A DNA stretch of 64,000 nucleotides from Alphaproteobacteria bacterium (lineage in GTDB: Bacteria > Pseudomonadota > Alphaproteobacteria > UBA828). Made by a program: the position numbers and the translations under genes. The DNA lies in the NCBI GenBank assembly GCA_965237415.1, contig CBDEFM010000002.1, positions 1,728,001 to 1,792,000 on the forward strand, in the 5' to 3' direction. The notes under the pieces were generated by a model, which was not told the origin of the DNA, ran no database searches, and worked only from the letters and a program-made list of their open reading frames with translations. Positions 41,023-50,821 of this stretch are shown piece by piece; position 1 is the first letter of the stretch, and every line of letters begins with the position of its first letter.

Positions 41023-43458
41023 ATGAGCGCGGACGGCCCGTCGCTGGGCAAAGCGCTGGAGCGCGTCGAGGACGCAGCCCTCCTCATGGGCTGCGGCCGC
41101 TACATCGACGACCTGCCGGTGGCGCCCGGCACCGGCCACGCTGCCATCCTGCGCTCGCCCCACCCCCACGCCCGCCTGCTCGGCATCGATGCGGCGGCGG
41201 CGCTGGCACTGCCGGGCGTCCACGCCGTGGTCACAGGCCGGGATGCGCGAGCCTGGTCTACGCCGTTCATCGTCGGCGTGCGCCAGCCGATGGAGCATTG
41301 GTGCATCGCCACCGACCGCGTCCGCTACGCCGGCGAGCCCGTCGCCATCGTCGTGGCCGAGGACCGCTACCGGGCAGAGGACGCGCTCGCGCTCATCGAC
41401 GTGCGCTACGAGCCGCTGCCCGCCATCGTCGATCCCGAGGCCACCCTCGAGGCGGGCGCGCCGGTGCTGCACGAGGCCGTCGGAAGCAACCTCATCAGCG
41501 AGCGCGCGTTCCGCTACGGCGAGCCGGATGCGGCGTTCGCCGAGGCCGCGCACACGGTCGAGACAACTGTGCGCTACCCGCGCAATTCCTGCACGCCCAT
41601 CGAGTGCCTCGGCCTGATCGCCGCCTACGACCCCGGCGAGGGCGTCTACGACGTGCTTTCCCACTTCCAGGGGCCGATGACGCTGCATCCGGTCATGGCG
41701 CGGGCGCTCAAGGTGCCGGGGCCGCGGCTCAGGCTGCGCTCCGTGCCCGATTCGGGCGGCAGCTTCGGCGTCAAGCAGGCGATCTTCCCGCTCATCGTCG
41801 CGATGGCGCTCGCGGCGCGGAAGGCCGCGCGCCCGGTCAAGTGGATCGAGGACCGGCTGGAGCATCTGCTGGCGGCAAACGCCGCGACCAACCGGGTGAC
41901 TCGGATCGAGGCGGCGGTGGAGGCCGACGGCCGGGTCACGGCGCTCCGCCTCGACCAGCTGGAGGATTGCGGCGCCTATCTGAAGGCGCCGGAGCCCGCG
42001 ACGCTCTACCGCAACCACGGTAATCTCACCGGTCCTTATCACATCGTCCATCTTGCGGTGACGAACCGCGTGGTCGTCACCAACAAGACGCCGACCGGGC
42101 TCAATCGCGGCTTCGGCGGGCCGCAGCTCTACTACGCGCTGGAGCGCCTGATGCAGCGCGTAGCCGCGACCCTCGACCTCGACCCGCTGGCGGTGATCCG
42201 GCGCAACCTGGTGCCGGCGGATGCCATGCCTTACCGCGCCGCCGCGGGCGCCGTGCTCGATTCCGGCGATTTTTGCGCCACCGTGGCTCACGGCGCGGTT
42301 GAAGGGGCGCTCGACGCATTGCGCGCGAAACGCGAGGCGGCACGGGCGGCGGGCCGGCTCTACGGCATCGGCTTCGCCGCAGCGGTGGAGCCCAGCATCT
42401 CCAATATGGGCTACATCACCACCGTGCTCAGCGCCGAAGAGCGGCGCAAGGCGGGGCCCAAGGACGGCGCCGTCTCCCACGCCACGGTGGCGGTAGACCC
42501 CCTCGGCGCCGTCACGGTGACTGCCGACTCGCTCCCCCAGGGTCAAGGGCACCGCACGGTGCTGGCGCAGGTTGTGAGCGACGCGCTGGGCCTCGCACCC
42601 GAACAGATTACGGTCGCGCTGGAGCACGACTCGCAGCGGGACCCCTGGTCGATTGCCGCCGGCAACTATTCGAGCCGCTTCTCCGGCGCCGTCGCGGGCG
42701 CGGCGCACCTCGCGGCGCTGCGGGTGCGGGAGCGCCTCGCCCGGATCGCGAGCCAGAGGCTCAACAGCCCGCCGGAGGAGGTGCGCTTCGAGAGCGGCCG
42801 CATCTTCGCTGCCGACAATCCGGACAACAGTCTCGACTTCCGCCGGGTGGCATCGCTCCCCCACTGGTCGCCGGGCAGCCTGCCCGACGGCGTGCCGCCG
42901 GCGCTACGCGAGACCGCGCGCTGGACTCCGCCCGAACTCACGCCGCCGGACGACGACGACCGTGTCAACAGCTCGGCCGCTTACGGCTTCATCTTCGATT
43001 TCTGCGGGGTCGAGGTCGACCGCCTCACCGGCGCCGTCGCCATCGACCGCTACGTCACCACCCACGATGCCGGCCGCCGCCTCAATCCAGCGCTGGTTGA
43101 CGGCCAGATCCGCGGCGCCTTCGCCCATGCCGTGGGTGCGGCGCTTTACGAAGAGCTCGCCTATTCCGAGGACGGGAGCTTCCTCTCCGGCACGTTCGCC
43201 GACTACCTGGTGCCGACCGCGTGCGAGGTGCCCGATCCGCTCATCCTCCTCCGCGACTCCCTAAGCCCGGTGACGCCGCTCGGCGCCAAGGGTGTGGGCG
43301 AAGGCAACTGCATGACCACGCCCGTCTGCATCGCCAATGCGGTCGCCGATGCGCTGGGGGCCGACAGCCTCGACCTTCCGCTGACGCCGGCCCGCATCGG
43401 CGATCTCATTCACGGGCCGGAGGACGAACCGCCCACCGAGACCCCGCCCGATCGATGA
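41023..43458 (+). CDS. hmfA: Molybdopterin-binding large subunit, 2-furoyl-CoA dehydrogenase-like
   Basis: Xanthine dehydrogenase-family motifs GGSFG, RGFGGPQ, QGQGH, AGNYSSR, KGVGEG; followed by B/C/D/E homologs in hmf order. Confidence 0.75.
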   Translation: MSADGPSLGKALERVEDAALLMGCGRYIDDLPVAPGTGHAAILRSPHPHARLLGIDAAAALALPGVHAVVTGRDARAWSTPFIVGVRQPMEHWCIATDRVRYAGEPVAIVVAEDRYRAEDALALIDVRYEPLPAIVDPEATLEAGAPVLHEAVGSNLISERAFRYGEPDAAFAEAAHTVETTVRYPRNSCTPIECLGLIAAYDPGEGVYDVLSHFQGPMTLHPVMARALKVPGPRLRLRSVPDSGGSFGVKQAIFPLIVAMALAARKAARPVKWIEDRLEHLLAANAATNRVTRIEAAVEADGRVTALRLDQLEDCGAYLKAPEPATLYRNHGNLTGPYHIVHLAVTNRVVVTNKTPTGLNRGFGGPQLYYALERLMQRVAATLDLDPLAVIRRNLVPADAMPYRAAAGAVLDSGDFCATVAHGAVEGALDALRAKREAARAAGRLYGIGFAAAVEPSISNMGYITTVLSAEERRKAGPKDGAVSHATVAVDPLGAVTVTADSLPQGQGHRTVLAQVVSDALGLAPEQITVALEHDSQRDPWSIAAGNYSSRFSGAVAGAAHLAALRVRERLARIASQRLNSPPEEVRFESGRIFAADNPDNSLDFRRVASLPHWSPGSLPDGVPPALRETARWTPPELTPPDDDDRVNSSAAYGFIFDFCGVEVDRLTGAVAIDRYVTTHDAGRRLNPALVDGQIRGAFAHAVGAALYEELAYSEDGSFLSGTFADYLVPTACEVPDPLILLRDSLSPVTPLGAKGVGEGNCMTTPVCIANAVADALGADSLDLPLTPARIGDLIHGPEDEPPTETPPDR

Positions 43459-44282
43459 AGCCTGCGCCCTTCGACTACCTGCGTGCGGACGACGAGGACG
43501 AAGCGCTGGAGGCCCTTGCCGAGGCGGGGGACGACGCGCGCCTGCTCGCCGGCGGCCAGACGCTGATGCCGATGCTCAACATGCGGTTGGTGGAGCCCGC
43601 GGTGCTCATCGACATCTCGCGGCTGCCGGGGCGCGGAGAAATCAGCGACGACGGCGCCGTCATCGAGGTCGGTGCGGCTGCGACCCAAGCCGACTTGGAG
43701 GCCTGGCCCTCACTCGCGCGGCGCGCACCCCTGCTGGCCCAGGCGCTCCCCCTGCTCGGCCATGTCCAGACGCGGAGCCGCGGCACGGTCTGCGGTTCCA
43801 TCGCCTTCGCGGACCCGAGCGCGGAACTGCCGCTCTGCTTGGCTGCGCTGGGAGGCGAGGCGGTGCTGCGCTCGCGCACCGGCAAACGGACGCTCGCGGC
43901 CAGCGAGTTTCAGACCGGGATGCTGTCGACCGCCTGCCGGGAGGACGAGATGGTGACGGCGGTGCGCTTCCCCACCGCCGAGCCGGACGCGGGCTACGCC
44001 TTCACCGAGTTCGCGCGGCGCCACGGCGACTTCGCCATCGTCGCCATCGCCGCCATCGCCCGGGCGAACGGCGTGCGCGTCGGTGTCGGCGGCGTCGCCG
44101 AGCAGCCGGTCGTCCAGGACTGGCCACTCCTGGACGGCAGCGCGCTCGACGACGCGCTCAACGCGCTGGCGTGGTCGCTCGATGCCGCCGACGACGCCCA
44201 GGCCAGCGCCCGCTACCGGCGCGAGCTGGTACGCGGCCTCGGCAAGCGAACGGTCCGCGCAGCGGAGGACGCGCGGCCATGA
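43455..44282 (+). CDS. hmfB: FAD-binding medium subunit
   Basis: MKPAPFDY, LAGGQTL, RGTVCGS, RRHGDFA. Confidence 0.75.
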   Translation: MKPAPFDYLRADDEDEALEALAEAGDDARLLAGGQTLMPMLNMRLVEPAVLIDISRLPGRGEISDDGAVIEVGAAATQADLEAWPSLARRAPLLAQALPLLGHVQTRSRGTVCGSIAFADPSAELPLCLAALGGEAVLRSRTGKRTLAASEFQTGMLSTACREDEMVTAVRFPTAEPDAGYAFTEFARRHGDFAIVAIAAIARANGVRVGVGGVAEQPVVQDWPLLDGSALDDALNALAWSLDAADDAQASARYRRELVRGLGKRTVRAAEDARP

Positions 44283-44779
44283 AGCGGATCCGTGCGGAGA
44301 GCCGCCACAGGGTGGGCCTCACCCTCAACGGCCGCGAGGCGGGCGGCTGGGCCGAGCCCCGCATGCTATTGAGCGATTTTTTGCGCCACGAGCTCGGCGC
44401 CACGGGTACTCACGTGGGTTGCGAGCACGGGGTCTGCGGCGCCTGCACGGTGCGCCTCGACGGCGCTCCGGTGCGCGCCTGCCTGACGCTGGCGGTCCAG
44501 GCCGAGGGCCGGCGCGTGGACACGGTTGAGGGCCTCGCGCCCGAGGGCGAGCTGAACGACCTGCAGAAGGCGTTCCGCCGCCATCACGCGCTGCAATGCG
44601 GCTTCTGCACGCCCGGCATCCTGATGTCGCTCGACGCCTATCTCGAAACCAAGCCTGAGCCGGACGAGGGGGCGATCCGCGCGCTGCTCAGCGGCCATCT
44701 CTGCCGCTGCACCGGCTATTCGGGCATCGTAGCGGCTGCGCTCGAGGCCGCGGAGGCGCGGTGGAGCGAGGATGACTGA
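44279..44779 (+). CDS. hmfC: 2Fe-2S small subunit
   Basis: GCEHGVCGAC, QCGFC, CRC. Confidence 0.78.
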   Translation: MKRIRAESRHRVGLTLNGREAGGWAEPRMLLSDFLRHELGATGTHVGCEHGVCGACTVRLDGAPVRACLTLAVQAEGRRVDTVEGLAPEGELNDLQKAFRRHHALQCGFCTPGILMSLDAYLETKPEPDEGAIRALLSGHLCRCTGYSGIVAAALEAAEARWSEDD

Positions 44780-46331
44780 CCTCGGCCGTGTGCTGATTGC
44801 GGCGGCCGAGCGGAATCCGCACGCGCTTGCCGTCGTCGATGGCGAGAGGCGCTTCGATTACGCCGCGTGGTTCGACACCGTTTCGCGCGTCGCGGGCGGC
44901 ATCGGCGCGCTCGGGCTCCGGCCGGGAGACCGTCTCGCCGTCATCATGCAGAACTGCTGGGAGATGGCGGCGCTCCACTGGGCCTGCCAGCTTGCCGGCG
45001 TCGTCGCGGTGCCGCTCAACTGGCGAAGCAGCGCCGACGAGTTGGATTACTTCCTCACGGATTCCGGCGCCGCGGCGCTGGCCTTCGACGGGTCCGCCGC
45101 TGCGGCGATGGCTGACTCCGCCTGTGCCGCGCGGCTCCGCCGTATCGGGGCCGGCGGCGCGTCCGAGGGCACGGTGCCATTCGCAGACCTGCTGGCGGCG
45201 CCGGCCGAAGCCGCGCCCCGTGCCGGCGAAGACGACCTCTCGCTCATGCTCTACACGTCCGGGACCACCGGTCGCGGCAAGGGCGTGCCCCGCAGCCACC
45301 GCGCCGAGCGTGCGGCTGCCCTCGCCCACATCGCGCAGAACTGCTACCGCACCGGCGAGCGCACCCTCGGCGTCATGCCGCTCTACCACACCATGGGCGT
45401 GCGCTCGCTGCTCGCCATGGCGTCGATCAATGGCACCTTCGTGTGCCAGCCGCGCTTCGAGGCGCGAGGCGCGCTCCGCCTGATCGAGGCCGAGCGGATC
45501 ACGGCCCTCTACCTGGTGCCGACGCTCTATTACGACCTGCTCGGAAGCCCGGGGTTTGCCGCCGCAGACACCTCCTCGGTGCGCAAATTGGGTTTCGCCG
45601 GTGCGCCGATGGCCGAAGGCTTGCTCCGCCGGGTCGAAAGCGCCTTCCGGCCCGAACTCTTCGTCAACCATTACGGCTCGTCGGAGATCTACACCTTCAC
45701 CATCGATCAGGACGCCGCCGCCAAGCCCGGCTCGGCGGGCAAGGCCGGCATCAACCAGCGCATCCGGGTGGTGGAGATCGGCGCGGGCGATCCCGACCGC
45801 ACCGTCCCCGCCGGCACGGAAGGCGAGGTGATCGCGAGCCTGGAGAGCGAGGAAGCCTTCGCCGGCTATTGGCAGCGGCCGGACGCCGACGCCAGGGCAC
45901 TGAAGCAGGGTTGGTATTTCACCGGCGATGTCGGCTATTGCGACGCCGATGGCGACCTCTTCGTGACGGGCCGGGTCGACGACATGATCATCAGCGGCGG
46001 CGAGAACGTGCTGCCAGCCGAGATCGAAAGCGTGCTCTCGGTCCACCCAGCGGTGGCGGAGACGGCGGTGGCGGGCCTTGCGGACGAGCGCTGGGGGCAG
46101 AAGGTGGCCGCCTTCGTCGTGCGCGCAGGCCCGGTGGACGCAGCGGCGCTCGACGCCCACTGCCGTGCGTCGGCGCTGGCCGATTTCAAGCGCCCACGGA
46201 CGTACGTCTTCGTCCGCGCGATCCCGAAGTCCCCGGTGGGCAAGGTCCTGCGGCGCCTGCTGATCGCGGGCGAATACGAAGAGGACGACGAAGGCGCCGG
46301 CGCCGAGGCCGGCGGCCGGAGAGGTGCATGA
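44772..46331 (+). CDS. hmfD: AMP-dependent CoA ligase, 2-furoate--CoA ligase-like
   Basis: YTSGTTGRGKG, YGSSE, TGD, GRVDDMIISGGEN, GK. Confidence 0.78.
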   Translation: MTDLGRVLIAAAERNPHALAVVDGERRFDYAAWFDTVSRVAGGIGALGLRPGDRLAVIMQNCWEMAALHWACQLAGVVAVPLNWRSSADELDYFLTDSGAAALAFDGSAAAAMADSACAARLRRIGAGGASEGTVPFADLLAAPAEAAPRAGEDDLSLMLYTSGTTGRGKGVPRSHRAERAAALAHIAQNCYRTGERTLGVMPLYHTMGVRSLLAMASINGTFVCQPRFEARGALRLIEAERITALYLVPTLYYDLLGSPGFAAADTSSVRKLGFAGAPMAEGLLRRVESAFRPELFVNHYGSSEIYTFTIDQDAAAKPGSAGKAGINQRIRVVEIGAGDPDRTVPAGTEGEVIASLESEEAFAGYWQRPDADARALKQGWYFTGDVGYCDADGDLFVTGRVDDMIISGGENVLPAEIESVLSVHPAVAETAVAGLADERWGQKVAAFVVRAGPVDAAALDAHCRASALADFKRPRTYVFVRAIPKSPVGKVLRRLLIAGEYEEDDEGAGAEAGGRRGA

Positions 46332-47119
46332 CGACGAGCGGCCCCTTCGACGGTCTCGACGGCTTCCGCGTGGAGGTCGATCGCGCGGCGGCGCGGGCCG
46401 ACATCGTGCTCGACCGCCCGCCGCTTAATGTCGTCAGCATGCCGCAGCGGGACCAGCTCGCCGCCGCCTTCGCCGCGCTCGATGCCGACGAGGGCGTGCG
46501 CGTGATCGTGCTCCGCGCAGACGGGAAGCATTTTTCGAGCGGCGGCGACATCCCCGGTTTCATGACACGCGCGCCGGAGCAGCTCGCGGTGCTGGCGCGC
46601 AACGTCGCCGCGCCCGAGCGCTGCCGCCAGCCGGTGATCGCTGCCATTCACGGCTACTGCTTCGGCGTCGCCTTCGAGTTGTCGCTCGCCTGCGACTTCC
46701 GCATCGTCACGGAGGGCGCGCGGCTCGGCCTGCCGGAACAGCGCATCGGCATGGTTCCCGGCTCCGGCGGCTCGGCGCGGCTCGCCCGGATGATCGGCAT
46801 CGGCCGCACCAAGGACATGGTCATGCGGGCACGGCGCCTCCCCGGCGCGGAGGCTCACGCCTGGGGCATCGCGCTCGACTGCGTGCCGGAAGACGAGCTC
46901 GCGGCCGCGACCGGCGCGCTGGTGGACGAGCTCAAGACCTTCTCACCGCTCGCCCAGCGCACCGCCAAGAAGCTTCTCAACGAGGCCGAGGACGCGCCGC
47001 TGCACGTCGCCATCGCCCTCGAAGGCGAAGCCTATGGTAGGCTGCGCTCATCGGCCGACTTCGCCGAGGGCGTTGCCTCCTTTACGGAGAAGCGCAAGCC
47101 GGTCTTCAAGGGAGAGTAG
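46328..47119 (+). CDS. hmfE: Crotonase-fold protein, 2-oxoglutaroyl-CoA hydrolase-like
   Basis: DGFRVE, DRPPLNV, MPQRDQL, HFSSGGDI, PGSGGSARL, FSPLAQRTAKKLLN. Confidence 0.8.
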   Translation: MTTSGPFDGLDGFRVEVDRAAARADIVLDRPPLNVVSMPQRDQLAAAFAALDADEGVRVIVLRADGKHFSSGGDIPGFMTRAPEQLAVLARNVAAPERCRQPVIAAIHGYCFGVAFELSLACDFRIVTEGARLGLPEQRIGMVPGSGGSARLARMIGIGRTKDMVMRARRLPGAEAHAWGIALDCVPEDELAAATGALVDELKTFSPLAQRTAKKLLNEAEDAPLHVAIALEGEAYGRLRSSADFAEGVASFTEKRKPVFKGE

Positions 47120-47126
47120 CGGTCGC

Positions 47127-48395
47127 ATGGACGACGCTTCGCCCCCCATAGCGACGGACGCGGACACGGACGAAGCGGAGGGTTCGGCGCCGGGCGACCG
47201 TCTCCCCCGCTTTCACCTCGATCCGGTCGGCGGGATTGCCGGCGACATGTTTGCCGCGGCGCTGCTCGATGCCCGCCCGGACCTTGCCGACGGGCTGCTT
47301 GCAACCATCGATGCGCTCGGGCTTCCGCCCTCGCTGACCATCGCCATCGCCCCGCTCCGGGACACGGCGCTGGCGGGCACCCGGTTCAAGGTCTGCGGAC
47401 CCGCAGACGAGGGCCACGGCCATGTGCGCCTCGCCGACGTGAGCAAGCGGCTGGAGGCCGCCCGCATCGCGCCCGCCGTGCGCACGCGCGCGCTCGCGAT
47501 CTTCACACTGCTCGCCGAGGCCGAGGGCGCGGTGCACGGCACGGACCCGGCGGAGGTCACGTTCCACGAGGTGGGCGCCTGGGATTCGACGGTCGATATC
47601 GTGGCCGCCGCCTATCTGATCGAGGCGCTCGGCCCCGCTCGCTGGTCCTGCGGCGCCATCCCCTTGGGCTCGGGTCGGGTGCGCTGCGCCCACGGCCTGC
47701 TGCCGGTGCCGGCACCTGCCGTGGTTCAACTTTTGCGGGGGCTGGCCACCCACGACGACGGGATCGGCGGGGAGCGGGTCACGCCCACCGGCGCGGCCAT
47801 CCTGAAGCACCTCGCGCCGGACCAGGCGCCGGCCCGAGAGTCGGAGACGCTGGTGGGCGTCGGCACAGGCTTCGGCAGCCGCGCTCTGCCTGACCTGAGC
47901 AACGTATTGCGCGTCCTGGAATTCGCGCCTGTCGCCCCGGCCGCGTTGCAGGAAGCGGTCGCAATGCTTCGTTTCGAGATCGACGACCAGACGCCGGAAG
48001 ACCTCGCGCTCGGCCTCGACCGCCTGCGCGCGCGGCCGGGCATCCTCGATGTCGTGCAATGGCCGGTCTACGGCAAGAAGGGGCGCATGCTGGCTGCCGT
48101 GCAGGTGCTGGCCGAGTCGGCATCATTGGACGCGGCGCTCGCAGCGGTCTTCGACGAGACCACCACGCTCGGCGTGCGCTGGTCGCACGTCTCTCGCAAT
48201 GCCCTTGGGCGGGATTCGGCCACTCATGTCGACGCGCTCGGCACGGTCCGGGTGAAGCGCGCGCGCCGGCCAGCGGGTACCGTGACCGCCAAGGCGGAAC
48301 TCGACGACCTCGCTGGCAGCGCCGGCCACGCGGGGCGCGAAGAGCGGCGCCGCAGAGCCGAGGCGGCGACGCTCACGCGAGGCGGGAATGGCTGA
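47127..48395 (+). CDS. larC: Nickel insertase of nickel-pincer cofactor biosynthesis
   Basis: GIAGDM, FHEVGAWDS, PVPAPA, TPTGAAIL, KKGR, ETTTLGVR. Confidence 0.88.
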   Translation: MDDASPPIATDADTDEAEGSAPGDRLPRFHLDPVGGIAGDMFAAALLDARPDLADGLLATIDALGLPPSLTIAIAPLRDTALAGTRFKVCGPADEGHGHVRLADVSKRLEAARIAPAVRTRALAIFTLLAEAEGAVHGTDPAEVTFHEVGAWDSTVDIVAAAYLIEALGPARWSCGAIPLGSGRVRCAHGLLPVPAPAVVQLLRGLATHDDGIGGERVTPTGAAILKHLAPDQAPARESETLVGVGTGFGSRALPDLSNVLRVLEFAPVAPAALQEAVAMLRFEIDDQTPEDLALGLDRLRARPGILDVVQWPVYGKKGRMLAAVQVLAESASLDAALAAVFDETTTLGVRWSHVSRNALGRDSATHVDALGTVRVKRARRPAGTVTAKAELDDLAGSAGHAGREERRRRAEAATLTRGGNG

Positions 48396-49209
48396 ACCGG
48401 TGCCCGCCTCCGTAAGCGCACTGAACGCCGTCCTGGACGACATCGGCCGGGCCGCGGTCGCGGTGAGCGGCGGTGTCGACAGCATGACGCTTGCCTTGCT
48501 CGCCGGGCGCAGGTTGGGGGCGGACTGTGCGATGTTCCACGCCGTCTCGCCTGCCGTGCCGGCGGAAGCGACCGCGCGCGTGCAAGAGTATGCCGTGCGG
48601 GAAGGGTGGCGGCTTACCGTGCTCGATGCGGGCGAGTTCGACGACCCCGCCTATCGCGCCAACCCGGCGAACCGCTGCTTCTACTGCAAGACCAACCTCT
48701 ACGGCGCGTTGGCTGCACGCACGGACGCGACCCTGCTCTCCGGCACGAACGTGGACGATCTCGGGGACTGGCGGCCGGGGCTGAAGGCCGCCGAAGAGCA
48801 CGGCGTTCGCCACCCCTTCGTCGAGGCAGGAATCGACAAGGCCACCGTGCGCGTCCTCGCGGCGGGATTGGGTTTCGACGACCTGTCGCGGCTTCCGGCC
48901 GCGCCCTGCCTCTCGAGCCGCATCGAGACCGGGCTCCGTGTGGAGGCGGACGATCTCGCCTCGGTCCACGCCGCCGAGCGCTATCTCGCAAGGCAGTTGC
49001 GGCCGGAGACGGTGCGCTGCCGCCGGCGCAAGGCCGGCATCGTCATCGAGCTCGACGAAACCACTCTCGGTGCGCTGAGCGCGAGCCGACGCGCGGCGCT
49101 CGGCGCCGCCGTCGCCGGCATGTTCGCGACGAGCGCTCGCACCCGGCCTGTCAGCTTCGCGCCCTACCGGACCGGCAGCGCCTTTCTCAGGCCCGCGCAT
49201 CCGGCGTGA
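48388..49209 (+). CDS. larE: ATP-dependent sulfur transferase of nickel-pincer cofactor biosynthesis
   Basis: PP-loop SGGVDS, NRCFYCK, GTNVDDLGDWRPG, PCLSSRI. Confidence 0.88.
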   Translation: MAEPVPASVSALNAVLDDIGRAAVAVSGGVDSMTLALLAGRRLGADCAMFHAVSPAVPAEATARVQEYAVREGWRLTVLDAGEFDDPAYRANPANRCFYCKTNLYGALAARTDATLLSGTNVDDLGDWRPGLKAAEEHGVRHPFVEAGIDKATVRVLAAGLGFDDLSRLPAAPCLSSRIETGLRVEADDLASVHAAERYLARQLRPETVRCRRRKAGIVIELDETTLGALSASRRAALGAAVAGMFATSARTRPVSFAPYRTGSAFLRPAHPA

Positions 49210-49877
49210 GCGCGCCCACCGCCATCACCCTCGACCTCGAACGCCGCGCGCGCATCGGCATCGAGGAGGCCGTGCTCTGCGAGAGCAAGACGCCCGAGCA
49301 GCTGGCGGAAATCCTCCGCCGCGCCGACGAGGCAGGGCGGAGTCTGCTGTTGACCCGCCTCGATGCGGTCCACCGCGACGCCTTGCCCGCCGCCCTCGCG
49401 GAGCGCATCGACTACGAGGCGCTGTCGCGCACCGGCGTCTTCGGCACCGTCACCGCCCCCTCGGGCGCGGCCCGCGTCGCGATCGTCTCCGCCGGGACCT
49501 CGGACCAGCCGGTGAGCCGCGAGGCCGCGCGCACCCTCGCCTATCACGGCCACCCTTCGGTGGAGATCGGCGATGTGGGTGTCGCCGGCCTGTGGCGGCT
49601 GATGGACCGGATCGACGAGATTCGCGCCTTCCCGGTCGTCATCGTCGCCGCCGGCATGGACGCCGCGCTGCCCTCGGTGCTGGGCGGCCTCGTGCCGGGC
49701 ATGGTGATCGCGGTGCCCACGTCCACCGGCTACGGCATCGCCAAGGGCGGGGCCACGGCGATGATGGCCATGCTCGCCTCCTGCGCGCCGGGGGTGGCCG
49801 TGGTGAATATCGACAACGGCTACGGCGCCGCCTGCGCCGCGCTGCGCGCGCTTCCGTTGCTCGCCCCGCAGGCTTAG
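49206..49877 (+). CDS. larB: Nickel-pincer cofactor biosynthesis carboxylase/hydrolase
   Basis: AGTSD, DVGVAGL, AGMDAALPS, PTSTGYG, VVNIDNGYGAA. Confidence 0.9.
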   Translation: MSAPTAITLDLERRARIGIEEAVLCESKTPEQLAEILRRADEAGRSLLLTRLDAVHRDALPAALAERIDYEALSRTGVFGTVTAPSGAARVAIVSAGTSDQPVSREAARTLAYHGHPSVEIGDVGVAGLWRLMDRIDEIRAFPVVIVAAGMDAALPSVLGGLVPGMVIAVPTSTGYGIAKGGATAMMAMLASCAPGVAVVNIDNGYGAACAALRALPLLAPQA

Positions 49878-50665
49878 CCGGCGAGGGCGCGTGCGGCTGC
49901 GGTGCGCTCGTGCAGCCCGCGCAGCGCGGCCAACTCGTCGTCGGTCGGCGCGGGAGTCACGGAGAGGTCATCGGCAATCGCGAGCGGCCAGCCGGTGGCG
50001 GCCAGCACGTCGTCCACCGCTACGCCCGGATGAGTGTGGATGAGGGTGAGCTCGCGGCTCTCCGGATGGGGTTCCAGAATGCCGAGATCGGTGATGACCG
50101 TGGTGGGCCCGCGGCCGGGGAGACCTTCGCGCTCGCGCCAGTCGCCGCCGGTCAAGTGGCCGGCTGAGGTCACGAATTCCACCTGCTCGACGAAGCCGCG
50201 CCGCGACTGGCGCATGATGACGAAGACCTCGCCGGCCAGCGCCGCTATTTCAGGCGCGCCGCCGGCGCCGGGAAGCCGGGTCTTGGGTTGCGCGTAGTCA
50301 CCGATCACGGTCGTGTTGATGTTGCCGAAGCGGTCGATCTGCGCGGCACCCAGGAAGCCCACCGTGATGCGCCCGCCTTGGAGCCAGTAGCGAAAGACTT
50401 CGGCAGTGGAGACCACGAAGTCGGCGGTCTCGGCGAGCTCGCTGTCGCCGATGGAGAGCGGCAGAACCGTTGGCTTCGCCCCGATGGTGCCGGACTCGTA
50501 AATCAACACCGCATCCGGCGCGTGGGAGGCGCGGGCGAGATTGGCGGCGGCGCTCGGCAGGCCGATGCCGACGAAGCAGACCGTACCGCTATCGATGAGC
50601 CGCGCCGCGGCGACGGTCATCATCTCGTCGGCGGTGAAGCCCTGTTCGCTCATGGAGTCAGTCAT
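49874..50665 (-). CDS. Family I CoA-transferase beta subunit (GctB/CatJ-like)
   Basis: CFVGIGLP, LIYESG, GAAQIDRFGNIN, LPGAGGAPEIA, TDLG. Confidence 0.88.
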   Translation of the reverse strand: MTDSMSEQGFTADEMMTVAAARLIDSGTVCFVGIGLPSAAANLARASHAPDAVLIYESGTIGAKPTVLPLSIGDSELAETADFVVSTAEVFRYWLQGGRITVGFLGAAQIDRFGNINTTVIGDYAQPKTRLPGAGGAPEIAALAGEVFVIMRQSRRGFVEQVEFVTSAGHLTGGDWREREGLPGRGPTTVITDLGILEPHPESRELTLIHTHPGVAVDDVLAATGWPLAIADDLSVTPAPTDDELAALRGLHERTAAARALAG

Positions 50666-50821
50666 GGACACTCTCATAGCCGCATCGACCCGGCCGATGA
50701 AAGAGCAAGCCGGAGGCCACCGTCCCCGCGCCGGTGCCGCCCTTGCCCGCGCCGCGCGGTTACGATAGGGAGGCAGCGCAGCGGCGAAGCGGGCGCGCCG
50801 CCGACGGCAGGACGAGGGGCG

